A stretch of DNA of 64,000 nucleotides from Paramecium tetraurelia. Its lineage: Eukaryota. Under the pieces are notes generated by a model. That model saw only the letters and a program-made list of their open reading frames with translations. It did not search any database and had not been told where the DNA came from. The stretch is taken from contig CT868041.1 in assembly GCA_000165425.1 (NCBI GenBank), positions 248,001 through 312,000 of the forward strand, in the 5' to 3' direction. Positions 39,373 to 53,093 of the stretch are shown here, piece after piece (within the stretch, counting starts at the first letter, position 1; each line of letters opens with the position of its first letter). The translations under genes and the position numbers were made by a program.

Positions 39373-42300
39373 ATGCTGTAATAGTACTATGACAAGAAGG
39401 TCTTGTTTCTTACTGGATGCACAGGTAGAAATGCAGACTCATTTTATAGGGTTCGTTGGTAAAGTGCTTTTAGAAAAGACCTTGCGTTGTCTTCCAAACA
39501 TTGCTTGCATTTATGTGTTGATAAGATAGAAAAAGGGAAGCAATCTAATGGAGAGATTCAAAAGAGAGATTCTGGACTCTTAGGTAATGGAAATCTAATA
39601 AGTAGTGCTTTGATAGATTGAGAAAGACTTATGGAAGTGGATTTGAGAAATTTGTTAGTGAAAAGATATATCCTATAGAAGGTGATATGCTGAAAGATGG
39701 TTTAGGTTTGGCTTAACATGATAGGCAAATAATAATTAATAATGTGAATGTAAGCAAAAAATTACAATAGCTAGATAATAATTAATTGTGCAGCCAGTGT
39801 TGATTTCAACGCAAGATTAGATGATGCTATATAAATCAATGTAAGAGGACCTTAGAGATTTATAGCTTTGGCCTAGTAAATTAAAAACTTAGAAAACTTT
39901 ATTCATATTTCAACTGCTTATGTAAATTCAGATAAGGGAGGATATATTGAAGAAAAAATTTATGATCCAGGCTAAGAGAATTTAGAATAGTTAGTCACTT
40001 AATTGTTGAAAACACCTGTTAGTATCCTGGAGAAGAATGTCAAAGATATAATTGGAGATTTTCCAAATACATATACATTTACAAAGTGCATTGCAGAAAA
40101 ACTATTAGTTTAAACGAGATCTCCCAATTTTCCATTGACTTTAGTGAGACCCTCAATCGTAGGTGCCTCTTGGAAAGATCCAGTACCGGGATGGATTGAT
40201 AGTTTAGTGGCCAGTAGTGCAATATTTTTCTTTGTTGGTTTAGGATTAATTAAAACATTAAATGGAGATGAATGCCTAATTGGAGATTAAGTGCCTGTTG
40301 ACTATGTATCAGACTTTATTTTAACTGCTGGAGCATATTAAAATGGGAGAAAAGAGGTTTCTGTATATCATTGCTGTTCCTCAGCCAAAAACCCGATGAC
40401 ATGGGCTTTGGCTAAAGAAGTTAATGCTTAGTTTTGGACAAAATCTCCGAGTTCTCAATAATTCTCTAAACCTAATTTAACGTTCTATAAAAATGAAAGA
40501 TTATATAAACTTATGACCAAAATAAAAAATACTCCTGCTTTGATGTATTATTAGATTGCTAATCGGATAGGAAATAAGGAAATGAAGATTTAAGCAAAAA
40601 GATTAAAGAAAATAATTGAAAGAGCTGAATCCATTAACGAAACATTTAAACCATTTGTCATAAATGAATGGATATTTGAAAGTTCTAAAAGTAACTTGTT
40701 AGTGGAATTCTTGAGCGAATCCGAAAAGTAAAACTTTAATGTTGATATTGAAAAATTGAATTGGAGGAACTATTTGGAAAGATTCAATTGGGGAATCCAA
40801 AAATATATATTAAAAGATTAAGCAAGAGAACTAAGCGAGTAAAGCACTGATGTTTTATCTTAAAGAAATTAGTAATCTTATTTTAGTGATATTGAATGGT
40901 GTCTCAATAATGGTTAAGATTTTAAAACTAAAACTGCAAAAGAACAAATAAGTTTAGTAATGAATTCATAAAGAGTTCAATCTGTAATCAAATAATTGGT
41001 GGAAGAAAAGGCAAAGAAATATTAATCTGCTACTCTAAACCTAGAGAAATTCCATTAAAATATTGAAAAACAAGGGGTTGACATTTGTGAAGTTATGTTT
41101 GCGAATTATAACATGGGAGTAATCCGCATTTTTGCTTGGTTTATAACAAAGGTTTTTAGACAAATCTATGAGAAAGTTCAAATAAATGAGTAGGCAATGC
41201 TGGAATTGCAAAATTATAACTAAAAAGAAGGAGGACCATTAATATTCATGCCCACTCATAGATCTTACATCGATTTTATTATGGTAAACTAATATCAAAT
41301 TAAATTTAGTGTTCATATGTGTTCTTTTCATATAAAATTAAGTGTCCACATATTGCAGCTGCAGAAGATTTTTTATAAATGTCTATTATTCCAATAATTT
41401 TGAGGGCTTCAGGAGCATTTTTCTTGAAAAGAAAACAACTAGAAGACAGTATCCTTTATAAAGCCATATTTTATGAATATGTTCAGAGGATTTTAATAGA
41501 GGAGTGCTATTTAGAATTTTTTATTGAAGGGACAAGATCTAGGACTGGAAAAACCTTGAATCCGAAGTTTGGTTTACTCAGTATCGTAAGCGATGCTGTC
41601 TTTGATAAAAAGATACCAAATGCCACTATTTTGCCAATCACTATCAATTATGAAAAGGTGTTGGAAGCAGATACATACCCATATGAATTACTAGGGGAAG
41701 AGAAGGTTAAGGAATCATTAATAAGAGTCATTAAAGCATTAAAAATATTGTCATCTAATTTTGGGAAAATAAATGTTAGTTTTGGAAAAATGATATCACT
41801 TAAAGAATGGTCAAAATAATAAGGATTGGACTCTTTTGAAAATATGAGAGATAGAAAAAAGGCAGTAGAAACCTTGGGATATGAGGTAGCTTATAGATTA
41901 ATTGAAGAATTGGTAGTCATGCCTACTGGAATTGTATCCACCCTTTTATTGATGAATAGAAGAGGCATCACAGAAGACCAACTAATTAAACGATTTGAAT
42001 GGGTTTTGAAATAGATTACAATGAGAGGAGCTAAGACATCGATCACAAACAATGGTCAAAGTGATGTTACTGTAAGAAATTCTATCGGATTTTTATAAGA
42101 TTTGATTTATAAAAAGAAGAAGAATGTATTTGAATTGACTTTGATTCCAAAATAAGAGTACAAAAGCATATTGCTGTTGAGTTATTATAGAAATCAATTA
42201 GCTCATATTTTCTTTAGCGAAGGCATCGTATGCTGTGCCTTAAATGGATTTGGTCATTTATTATCTCATAAGGAAGGTGTAAGCATTGAAAGGTTGTGGG

Positions 42301-42916
42301 ACGAAAGTGATTTCTTATTAAAATTACTTAAGCGGGAATATGTGATTAGAAATAGAATAACCACCAAAGATTAAATGATTGATTTCATATAGTATATGAT
42401 TGATAAAAGTGTACTAGAAAGGGTATCAAACAAAATTAGAGTTAATTAATAATTTGGTGAATAGGCTTCTCAATTTACTTGTTCAATTATATGGCCCTTA
42501 GTGGAATGCTATTGGGCTACTATAGTTTATTTATATCAGTTAAAACGGGTTAGTGAAGCTAGTACAACCTTTGAATTGGCAGAGTTGATTGCATAGATCT
42601 AAGGATTTGCTGAACAAATGTTTGGAGAACATATCATGGAACATTATGAGAGTTGTTCAATTGAGACTATTAAGAATGCAATTAATACCTACTCAACAAT
42701 GAGATGTATTAATATCAATAAAAAGGATGATTCAGAATAAGTCAATATATTATTCACAGATCAAGAAGTATTTATACAACTTACCAATTTTTATAGTTAT
42801 TGGAAGTAGAGGCCTAAGTGAAAAAATACCTTAAGAATAATTATTCTAAATCCATACAAAACCCTATCGATATTGCAAGATCTTTGCTAGATTATACCAT
42901 TATACCAAAATTATGA
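39373..42916 (+). CDS. FARAT: Bifunctional fatty acyl-CoA reductase / DHAP acyltransferase fusion (FARAT), peroxisomal ether-lipid synthesis
   Basis: FAR motifs FLTGCTGFVGKVLLEK, INCAASVDFN, HISTAYV, PNTYTFTK, VRPSIV. Acyltransferase motifs PTHRSYIDF, GAFFLKR, FFIEGTRSRTGK, PITINYEK. The frame is continuous between domains, and the protein ends in PTS1-like PKL-TGA. Confidence 0.92.
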
Positions 42917-42974
42917 GTAGTGTTGTATATACTCATATATATATTAATGAATTATGATGATATTTGATTGATGC

Positions 42975-43352
42975 TCAATGATGATGTGATCCATGTCCCT
43001 TCTTAACATACTATAAGCCACAATATTTGCAAGTTTAAGGTGTTCCTTCAGTTCTTGTATCTAATTTGATATAAACCTAAGGATGTCCTGCATTGATATG
43101 GGTACCACCCTAAAATAAGTTATTGAATTACTAGGCATCTAACAACATCAGAATCTACTTCAATTACTGGAATTTTATGAATAAATTCTTCAGCTCTGCT
43201 TTTATGAGTTTGGAGTGAGTTCTTAATATTATTCATATTACTTTATGAGTTTCATCATAATCTAACCATTTATGTTAAGCTAAGTTAGTGTAAGATTTCA
43301 CAATCTGTGAAAACTAAGCTCTCTTTGCTAATTGCATACACTTTTGCAACAT
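42975..43352 (-). CDS. NDUFS6: NADH:ubiquinone oxidoreductase 13 kDa zinc-finger subunit
   Basis: AEEFIHKIPVIEVDSDVVRCLGG..GHPQVYIKLD..CKYCGLQY, two micro-introns, and a mitochondrial-presequence-like N-terminus. Confidence 0.93.
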
Positions 43353-43409
43353 TTATAATTATATATATATATAAATGCAATTAATTTTAGTTAGTTTCAA
43401 TTTATACTA

Positions 43410-44056
43410 TTAGTCATTTATTTTTTTATAATCACTAGATTTATTTATGATGATCTACTTATTTTTGAGATCATCCAAATCAGCTTGTAGATCCATCACT
43501 TCCTCCTTTTTTATGGAACTCCCTTTAATTGTATTAAATAGATATCTTGCTTATTTTATTCTATAAACTTACTTTTCCAAATACATACATCATCAATATT
43601 AAATATTTCTATTTATCTTCTACATTAGCAATCGAATCTTCCAATTATGCATAAAGTTCGGAAATATAATGATTAGAATCATCTATTTCTTTATCTTTTT
43701 CACTTAACTATATTTATCATACCCATCTATTTTATGCTATTTTGTTTTTATTTTCTCTTACAATTATTACATTTCCTCATACAAAACTTTTATTGTATTA
43801 ATTAACTGTTAAATCAAACTATATGCTAAAGATAATTCACTCTTTTCATCTTAACCCTATTTTTTCTACTGTTATGTTTATAAAATATTAATTCTATTTT
43901 GCAGCTCCTACACTTTCATTTTTAATAAGGTTGATGCACTATTGGTTGAATTTAAAATGGATTTTGAGAAACTACTTTAATTGTTGGCTATGAAATTTAT
44001 TAAAATTATGTTGAAAATCCTACTCCATACGAAGTTTAAGGAATTTATTATCTCAT
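43410..44056 (-). pseudogene. Coiled-coil coding-like stretch, possibly frameshifted or degenerate
   Basis: Segments read KMKVQELQNRINILQ.. and ..EEVMDLQADLDDLKNKQ, but I could not join the start, body and stop into one clean model. Confidence 0.35.
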
Positions 44057-44302
44057 AATATATAGTGTTCGAAAAGATTATCTAAATATAAAATGTATTT
44101 TATAAGGATTAAATTTAAATTGCTAAATAATTACTATTAACATTCTAAAACCAAGCATTATTGATGAAACTACAACTAATATAGCCATATTGATATATCA
44201 ATATTACATTAGAATTTTATATAGAATTTAGTCACCATATAAATTGATATTTTTAAAGTATTCTGTCTTACAAAAATCCTTAGACAAGAACAATGAAAAT
44301 AG

Positions 44303-44660
44303 AATAAAATTTAAGAAATGTAAAAAATGTTTGAGGTAGAGCGGCGTAAGTGAAATTTTTATAATAATTTACTTAAGTGTTTTTGGCACTAGTTGTAATT
44401 TTTATTGTTTTGTAAATATTTTCCTAGAGATTTGTTATTCCATTATAATATTCTTTTCCTCTCTAGTCTCTAAATTTTCATATGTAGATGAATATCCTTA
44501 GAAGTAACTCACTAACATGACCTCAACACATTATTGCTCCAATTACATATAACTTTGCTTAATTCCTTCTACTCAATTATGGGATTAAAAAAGAGAACAA
44601 AATTATAATGTTTTATTTATTTTTACACTATTTCCATTTTTTATAATCTAATTATTTATA
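44303..44660. repeat. ~360 bp dispersed element, copy 2 (inverted relative to 27603-27960)
   Basis: Near-identical reverse complement of 27603-27960. Confidence 0.95.
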
Positions 44661-44781
44661 TTGGTTTCTAATTAAAAGTGAAGTTGTAAATATGAGTAAT
44701 CTATTTCCAAACAGTACTTTATTGTAATAAGTTGCTAAATATTATTTTCGAATATTTTTTATTAATTAATTAATATTTCTT

Positions 44782-45666
44782 ATGGAAGAATCGCTGTTTC
44801 ATTGTTATCATGAAATGATTCCTGTTGCCTCTTTTTCAGAATCTCCACTTCTATAAAAAGAGGAGCAAGCAATGACAGATGAAACTAATATAGAAAATCT
44901 AGTAGTTGAGAGTTAAATGATCAAATCAAATAGAATATAGCGTATATTTGATATTCAACATAAGTTAAACAAACCAAAATAAAGTTACAAAGTTGAATTG
45001 GAATTATCAATAATTTTATTGAGAGAAATGAAAATTAATAGATAATTAGAATTTGTTATGTTGATTTCAATTTTAGTTGATAGTTTGATTAGACTAAATT
45101 CTTACATATATTTATTTCTTCTATTAGTTGATAAAGAAAGTGATGGTAAAATAATGTTATATTATCTATTACTGATACCAAGATTTTACTTTTTTTTGAG
45201 TTTAATAAGAATGTTGTTCAGGAAATTGCATTTGTATAGAAACCAACCAATTTTGATGATAATAGTTTTATTTAGATAAAATTTTACGAATTTAAATATG
45301 ATTGAGGAAGCATCAAAAGAATGGTATGATTGGCGAAATGAATCATCTCAATTTAATCTCAAACAACTTTTAATTTATTTACTAACTCCTAATGAATTAT
45401 CATATTTTTTATTGAAATCATTAAAAAATGGAGTTAAAACTTATATCGTAACGAATTTTATTTTGAAAACTATAGAGATAGTCATGTTTACTCCAATTAT
45501 GCTAATACTATTAAACTTTAATGAAAAAATAATAAGCAAATAATTTTTAATTTCTAATGGCTATGAGTAATTTACTCTCGTTTTAATATATATTGATGGA
45601 ATTAAATACATATTCTTTAGTATTTTTTACTTAACAAAAAGAAACTATTAGATAAATAAAATTTGA
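44782..45666 (+). CDS. Intronless multi-pass membrane hypothetical protein (294 aa)
   Basis: A single 295-codon code-6 frame joins track ORFs 45058 and 45298 and contains several hydrophobic segments. Confidence 0.72.
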
Positions 45667-46010
45667 TGTATATAAAATTCTAATATCAAATTTAAGAGGT
45701 ACTTATAATGATGTAAAATTTGTTATTTTAAACATCTTCTATCAATCAAATCATTTTAAAATAATATCAATATATATAATTCTCAGAGAACCTACCGAAT
45801 TATTAATTAAGTTGAATTCTACTTCCCATGATATTAATATCTTTGGTTTAACAAATAATTATCGTTCTTGAAATGCTTGTCCCAAGAAAGAAAACTTGTT
45901 GAAATCTTTATCATATTTAATCAAAAATCCTTTTCAAATTATAATACATAAAATGAATATAAAGTAAATGAATTAATTATTATTTATTTTTTATTATTTT
46001 ATTCAAATCG

Positions 46011-46372
46011 ATGAGCTTTTAAGTATAAACATGAATATCAATTAGACAACTGATTCAAAAAAAGAAGAATTTAGAAAGTATTTAGAAAAAGCAGGAGTAA
46101 TTGATCAATTGACAAGAGTCTTAGTTGGATTATATGAAGAACCAGAAAAACCTAATAATGCTATTGAGTAAACTTTAGAATTTAATTTAGTTATGTCAAA
46201 AAGTATCTCGGATCTCCAGTTGATATTGATGTTGACAAATTGAAATTAGAATATGAGAAATTAAAAGATGAAAACATCAGATTAAAGAGAGAAGTTGCTG
46301 AATTAAAAAAAGAAGTAATGAAGAAAATATCCAATAATTTAGTTATAAGCAGCCTAGTAAGAATAAAATTGA
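46011..46372 (+). CDS. MYCBP: c-Myc-binding protein / AMY-1 / FAP174 homolog
   Basis: DSKKEEFRKYLEKAGVIDQLTRVLVGLYEEPEKPNNAIDYVKKYLG; three micro-introns. Confidence 0.92.
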
Positions 46373-46677
46373 TGAATTATAAAAAATATTTAATGATATC
46401 GCTAAGCAGTTTCTAATATTTTATTCTAATAAATCCAATATTATAATATATTGACAAAAACCATGAGTTTTATTTTGATCGGTTTACTCTTACAATCATT
46501 TTAAAAGTAGAACAACAAGAGGTTAGTAGTCATACAATAATTTTATTTCTAGATTCTTATTTCTTCTTTGATTTTTTTGACATTTTAGAATTTTCTTTTA
46601 AGTGGCATTTGCTAATTGAATAATGAATAATATTAAAGAAATAAATAAGTAATTAAAAAATTATAAAAGCTTATAGA

Positions 46678-48847
46678 TCAACCAGAATACAATATTTCTT
46701 CTCCATCATCCTCTAACATTTTAGGTTTTATATATTGATGAATTTAAATCTTTGAATCTACTCTTTAATTATTATTATGATGATTATTATTATTATTATT
46801 ATTATTATTATGATCATTATTACCTACAGACTATTCTGAAATTTTGGATTGCATATCTAACTATGTTTTGTTTAGATCCTCTTTTATTTGGGCTGCAATT
46901 TATATTTCATGATACTTTTAGAAAATCAATTCTAAAGTAGGACCAAGCATTTAGGTTAACCTGTAATTAATCTGATTGTTATTTTCTTTCAATTTAAGAT
47001 AAGAATTATAAATTTTAAAGAATTTTTTAGTTGTGTTAAATCTTATTCTTTTGTTGATTACTCTTGCTCTTTTCTATTTGTTAGTTTAAGTTATTAAATG
47101 ATTTGGTCTAGACTAATCTTCAGTGATAATCTGATAATGTTTGTCTATAAAAATGACAGGTCTCGGGGTGTAATTGAATACTGATACTTAATTTTCATCC
47201 AGTAATGTTTTTTTTAATTTATCAATTTATTGAATTTTACTTAGTATTGTAATTATATCTAAATCCCTTTTTATCATTTAATCACATTGAATTATGAGCT
47301 GCCTTGTCATCCAGATTTTCTTAAAGCAGGAGCACCCCAAAAGAATATAAACATAAAAGTTTAAATCTAATCTCAATTAATTTCTAGTATCTAGAATCTT
47401 TTGAACTAAATTGTCCATAAAACTTTCTTTATATTCCATTAACTTTTTAGTAAATTAATTAATATCAAATTAAGTGATTTTTTGTTCTGTTACTTCTGCT
47501 TGTTCTTATGATTACTCTTATCTCTATAACTTCTGACTCTATGAAACACTACTCCACATCCTAGTGATGTGACTTAATTTAACCACTTAAAAAGTATAGT
47601 TTTTAAGTTTCACTAGTAATTCGTCAACTCTATTTATTTTATATTATATAAAATTCAGTAGTCTATCATATGAGAATTGTAGCCTACCTTAATTTTAATA
47701 AGGAATATTAAAATCGTATAAAATATTTGCCAAAGAAATTCTCATTGAAACTAAATTGTATTTAATAGCAAAGACTCCAAATATTGCAGTAAAGAACTTC
47801 AACATTCCTCCTAGATATGAAATAAATTAGTCTAATCTATATGCTGTCTTTGACGTAATCTGATTTTATTGATTTATTCTTAAGTTTATTTCAAATAAGT
47901 TAGTAAGATTAGAATCCTGTCTCTATCATATTAATAAATTTACATACATTAAATTATCTATTATCATTGAGAGTGTAGGACCAATAATCCAATTCCTTGG
48001 TTGTGGTCATTAAACTTAATAAATTGTCATCTATTTAAACTTTATTATGTTAAAAAAATAGATCTGTGTATATCGATTATTATAGGTTTGACTAGAGATA
48101 AAAGTCAGAATTAATGTACTAATGTAAATCGTCATCTGTGCTATTTGAAGAAAATAAAGTCGATTTAATAAGAGTTGAAAGAGTGATAGCTGTATTTTTA
48201 TCTAGTTAAGCTTTTTCTATCTCTTCTTAAGAATAACAGTTGTCGTCATCCTTACACAATTAAATAAGTAATTTAGGATATAATAATGTTTCTGTATTAT
48301 AACCTCCTTGTAACTAAAGTTCATACGTTAAAGGCAGACATAAATAATATTGGAGCTATTTTTCTATGTATGCATTATTTTGAAAGTCAATGTTTTGGAA
48401 GTGTTCAACAGTGCATTATTCTAATTTGAATTCCCTTAATTACTCTCTGTTCTTTGAGCCATCTGCTGAGATTTATTGAATATACTGATGCAGCGATATT
48501 GAAAAGAAACTTTTCGATGAATTTTTATAATATTCTTTAAGAGGATCCTCAAGCTTTATTGCAAGCATAAAATTGTCTAAATTCATAGCACTATAATTTG
48601 GGTTTGCACTCTATATTGTTTGCACTTTAACCTATATTTCAATATATTTGTAACATACTGTATATTCAGATTTTGTGATAATGCTAATAAGTCTGTTAAT
48701 AAAAATGAAGCTCAAAAGGAATATCATAATAACAGATGATAATCCCCCACATGCTGTTGTATATTTGTCTTTTTATTTCATATTTAAATTTAATTCGACC
48801 CCAAAGAGATCGAATTATTTAATTCCTTTCTTTATTTTCTAATACAT
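46678..48847 (-). CDS. Ciliate two-TM family protein with large Cys-containing luminal/extracellular loop
   Basis: N-terminus KQFDLFGVELNL..YTTACGGLSS then TM1. Loop contains CTVEHF, YLCLP, LQGGY. TM2 region AYRLDQFISYLGGMLKFF. Cytosolic tail LDIITILSKIQQIDKLK and a poly-Asn tract. Confidence 0.8.
46769..46820. repeat. (TTA)n/(TGA) trinucleotide tract encoding poly-Asn/His in the minus-strand gene
   Basis: The run ttattattatgatgattattattattattattattattattatgatcattat is directly visible. Confidence 0.8.
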
Positions 48848-49159
48848 TTCTTTAGAATTCAGTTCCAGTGGTAAAATTTAATAATTAATATTAATTCATT
48901 GTGGGCCAAAAGTTATATTTTAAGCTTCTTGGAATTGCTAAATATTTTTAAGATTACTTATAAATAAAAATGCTCATTCAATATCAAATTAATCGAAAAT
49001 ATAAAAGCGTGACATAACATACGAGAAGGAAGATTAGCTTAAACTTTTATTTTATTATCAATCATACAATCAAAGAATCATATTAAAATATAAAATTTCT
49101 TAAAATTAACCTTGAATTGCACATGTTAATTTAATTTATATATATAATATTAAAAGAAA

Positions 49160-51452
49160 ATGAAAAAAAGAAATTAGAAATAATGTAATAAATTAAACCA
49201 TCAAATAAGGTGATTTTATTGTTTCCTCCAAAATTTAGTGTGCTAAATTTGGGACAAATTCAAAGAAAATTATTGCTAGTGGCGATGACAAAAATTGTGT
49301 TCAAATTTGGCAAATAGGAGAATCAAAACCAATTGCTGTATTAAAATGATAGAATCTTAGACTTTAAGTTCTTAAAATAATTCAAATGCTTAAGTTGAAG
49401 TTGCCAGAATTTGTTTTAGTTTTTGTGAAGCAGAAATTTTCTCAGGGTCAAATAGGGGAATTATAAATGTTTGGGATGTAGAAAACAAAAGATGTATTTA
49501 TTCAAATTAAATAAGTACTTCAAACACTCAAAGGACATTCTGCTTGTGTGAATGCTCTATGTATATATCCATCGGATGAAAATAAAAATTTATTATTCAG
49601 TGGCGCATATGATACCTCAATTAAATTATGGGATTTGAGATCAAAAACTTCTGTTAATTAATTCAAAGGTCACACTATGTAAATCAATACATTGGCTGTT
49701 TCTCCCAATTCCAAGTTATTAGCATCTGGATCCAATGATGGGTCAGTCAAACTTTGGGACATTGCATAAGGAAAATTGATAACATCTTTTACGCAACATG
49801 ACAGTCAGATTACATGTTTAGCTTTTAATCCCTTAGATAAACTATTAGCATCTGGAGGTGCAGATCGTTGCATAAGAATTTGGAATTTACAAGACCTTAA
49901 TCAAGTAAGCAAATAAAATTATAAAGATATCTATGACTAGAACAGATTCCACTCCTATTCAAAGTATACTTATAAATGATAATGGAAAAGTAATTTATTC
50001 AGCAACACATGAATCTCTAAAAGTATGGGACATTGAACATGACTGTCAATTAATAGACAATGTAGAGAGTATGTGGAAGGGAGTTCAAGACATGATAATT
50101 ACACAAGATTAAGAATAATTGTTGGGTTTAGCATCGAATCCTCAATCTGGTTTTAGTTTGCATGGTGTTTCTTTGAAATCAATTGGTTAAGATAATAGAC
50201 TTAATGAATAAAAACAGACGGGTAATGCAAATTCTAAGTAAAGGGGGAGAACACCTGATAGAAGATAAGAAATGGTAACCAAAGCCTAAGAACCAGAAAA
50301 TAAGCAAAAAGGTAAACCAACTTAATAAATACAAGAATAAAATTACATAAATCAAGATAATCAACTTGAAAAATAAAAATCAAATGAGGTTCCCAAAGAT
50401 TATTAATCACTATAACCATAACCAATGTTCCCACCTATTCAACCTCAAAATTATAATTCACCATATATTAATAATCCACATAATAACAATAATTAAAATG
50501 GGTTACTATAATACTAATTGCAATAATAATAATCATAGTAATAGTAGTAGTAATTACTTTATCAATATTAAATTTAATAAACAATTTAAATAAATTAGTA
50601 AAATTAATAATAAAATTTATCTTCTCAACAATAGAAGAATTAAATTGTTTAACCACTTAATAATTAACCACAATATCATAGTAATTAATAAGCTTAACTA
50701 AAATAATAAATGCCATAAAATAATTAATAGGAGGATGATGAATACAATGACAATTTTGAAGAAGATCCAGATATGACTACAACCAGTGAACTTACATTAT
50801 CTTAATTCATGTTGGGAGATCATAATAAGGAGAAATTTAAATAAGTGGATCTCATTCACGAAATAAATAAAGACCATAATAGAATAAATTAAATATTATC
50901 TCAAAGAATGAAATACATTAAACCAATCCTAAGCTGGTGGATTAATAATAATATTAAATCAGCTATTAATGCCATAAATCAGTAAATTTATTTATAAACT
51001 TAGAGTAATAGATCCTTCAATTTTGTAGGACGCACTCTCTCTTTATTCCTAATAGCCTAAGTTTAGTTCAATCCCTATAGAGAATTTTCCACTTTTATTG
51101 GAAAAAGCTAGAATATTAATAGAATCAAGATTTGCATTTCATATCAAAACAGGACTAGATTTTACTTATAAATCTCTTTGTTTGTTTAGAGATGTATAAT
51201 TTCATAAAATGAATTTAGGAAATTTTGAATATAAAGCTCTTTAATCAATTATCCAAAGCTGACTTAGCAAGAGAAGAAAGAATCTAGAAATACGATAAAG
51301 TTATTGAACAATTAAAAATAATAGCGCAAATGCCTAAAATGTAAAAATTAATCGAAAGAAATAAAGATGAGCTAACAGAGTTGGCAAAAAAATTGTAATT
51401 AGAAACAGCAGGTTTGCTAAAGAAAATTAATCCAAACAATTCATAGAATTGA
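49160..51452 (+). CDS. KATNB1: Katanin p80 WD40 regulatory subunit
   Basis: WD repeats (IASGDDKNCVQIW, LKGHSACVN, SGAYDTSIKLWDLR, SGSNDGSVKLWD), Q-rich linker, and con80-like HEINKDHNRINQILSQRMKYIKPILSWW. Confidence 0.88.
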
Positions 51453-51501
51453 AGATTATTTTTTGTCTATTATATTTATATATATAATATTTTAGTCGTT
51501 A

Positions 51502-53017
51502 ATGAATAATTTAAAATCCAAAAATTCTGCTCCCTTAGACAAACCATAAAAATATCCTAATTCAGACATTTTAACTATTCCTATGCATAAAATGAGAATG
51601 GATATCAATAACAATAATAACAACAGGTTAAATTCACAATAATCATCTAAAAATTTAGAAATACTAAGATAGAGTCATTAAAGCAGCACTAGCAATTTAA
51701 GACTTGATAATTCCCACAACAAATCAAGCGAAAATTTAATAACCAAAACTCCTACTAGAACTAAGGTTTGCACTTTCATTGATAAAATACCTTAGTAATT
51801 ATAAAATAATTTCTCATTAAGTCCTCACAGTGTTTTGTAGAAGCCATTAATGAAATAAGAAGATGATTAACAAAATATTATAAGTTTTTGTCATTAGAAA
51901 TCAAATCTAGTCATAGATCATAGGAAAGAATAATTAATTTTGCAATTACAATAAGCTTAACAATTATTAATATAAAAGGATTAAGAAAACTAAAAACTTT
52001 AAGAAATTAATAATAGATTATACGATGAAAATTAAAAGTTATTTAATTAAGGTGAAGATATGCTCAAGGATATAGAAACTATGAGATAGAATTTCGATTA
52101 GTAAAATAATGAATATATGATGCTGAAATAATAAAATTAATAATTAATAGAGGATGTAAGATTGATATAAAATGAAAGAAATTAAACTTAATCTCACAGT
52201 GATTAGATTTTGAATCATAAAAATTATGAAATATAATAACTTTAAAGAGAGTTAAAAGAATATTAGCAATTACTATAAAATAAGGATCAAACAATTTCTA
52301 ATTTAAAATAATAACTTGATAATCTAAAATAATAGGAAATTGCAAGATAACATGTAAATTAATATTAAAAAAACTCTGAAAAATCCTATCTTAATAACAT
52401 TAATTAATAAATAGAAACTGCATAGAAATTTCAATAGTAAGACTTAAATTATAAAGGAGCTTAAATGGAATCAGAAATTTAATAATACCAGGCATAGTTA
52501 GAATTCATAACATCTGAGAAAGAAATTTGTGAATAAAAATTGGTAGACTTGTAAACAATAATTAATTAATTTGCGTTAAATGAAAAATAATAAAATATGA
52601 CTTCCAATTCAAATGGAAATGTAATTTATTAAAAATAATCAAACAAATTGAAATAAATAGTTCAAATTTAAAAAAAACAAATTGAATCTTAATAAAAGAC
52701 AATCATGAATCAGCATTATGAGATTTAAAATCTTTAAAATTTACTTTATTCTATTGAATAGGATAGCTAATCTTAAAAAAATAGTAACATTTTCTATGAA
52801 AAAATTTCCATTTAATAACTAAATATGTATATATAATAAATGATTAAATAGTTCTGATACTGGTGAGAAGGAAACAAATTTGAGAGAACCCATAGTTACA
52901 AAAGGGTTTTAGGGCATTTTGCTTAAATAACAACAAGGGCCAAATATTGTTATGGAGGATACTTTTAGAAATATGTAAAAACAATAAGACCTATTCAATT
53001 CTACTAATGATTAATGA
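51502..53017 (+). CDS. Q-rich coiled-coil hypothetical protein
   Basis: Starts MNNLKSKNSAPLDKP, long code-6 frame with one late micro-intron, ends ..NSTNDQ-TGA. Confidence 0.68.
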
Positions 53018-53093
53018 TATAAATTCAAAAGATATTCTGATAACTTTAAAATAATAGTATTGTAAAAAAGGTGTTAAAACAAAAATAAATTAA

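Noticed and set aside
46752..46940. Poly-Tyr ORF on the plus strand
   Set aside because: It is the antisense of the poly-Asn tract in the two-TM gene.
50480..50730. Dense TAA/TAG/CAA runs resembling a stop-codon array or satellite
   Set aside because: This is the ordinary poly-Gln linker of katanin p80 in code 6; the same applies to 57430-57500 in BIVM.
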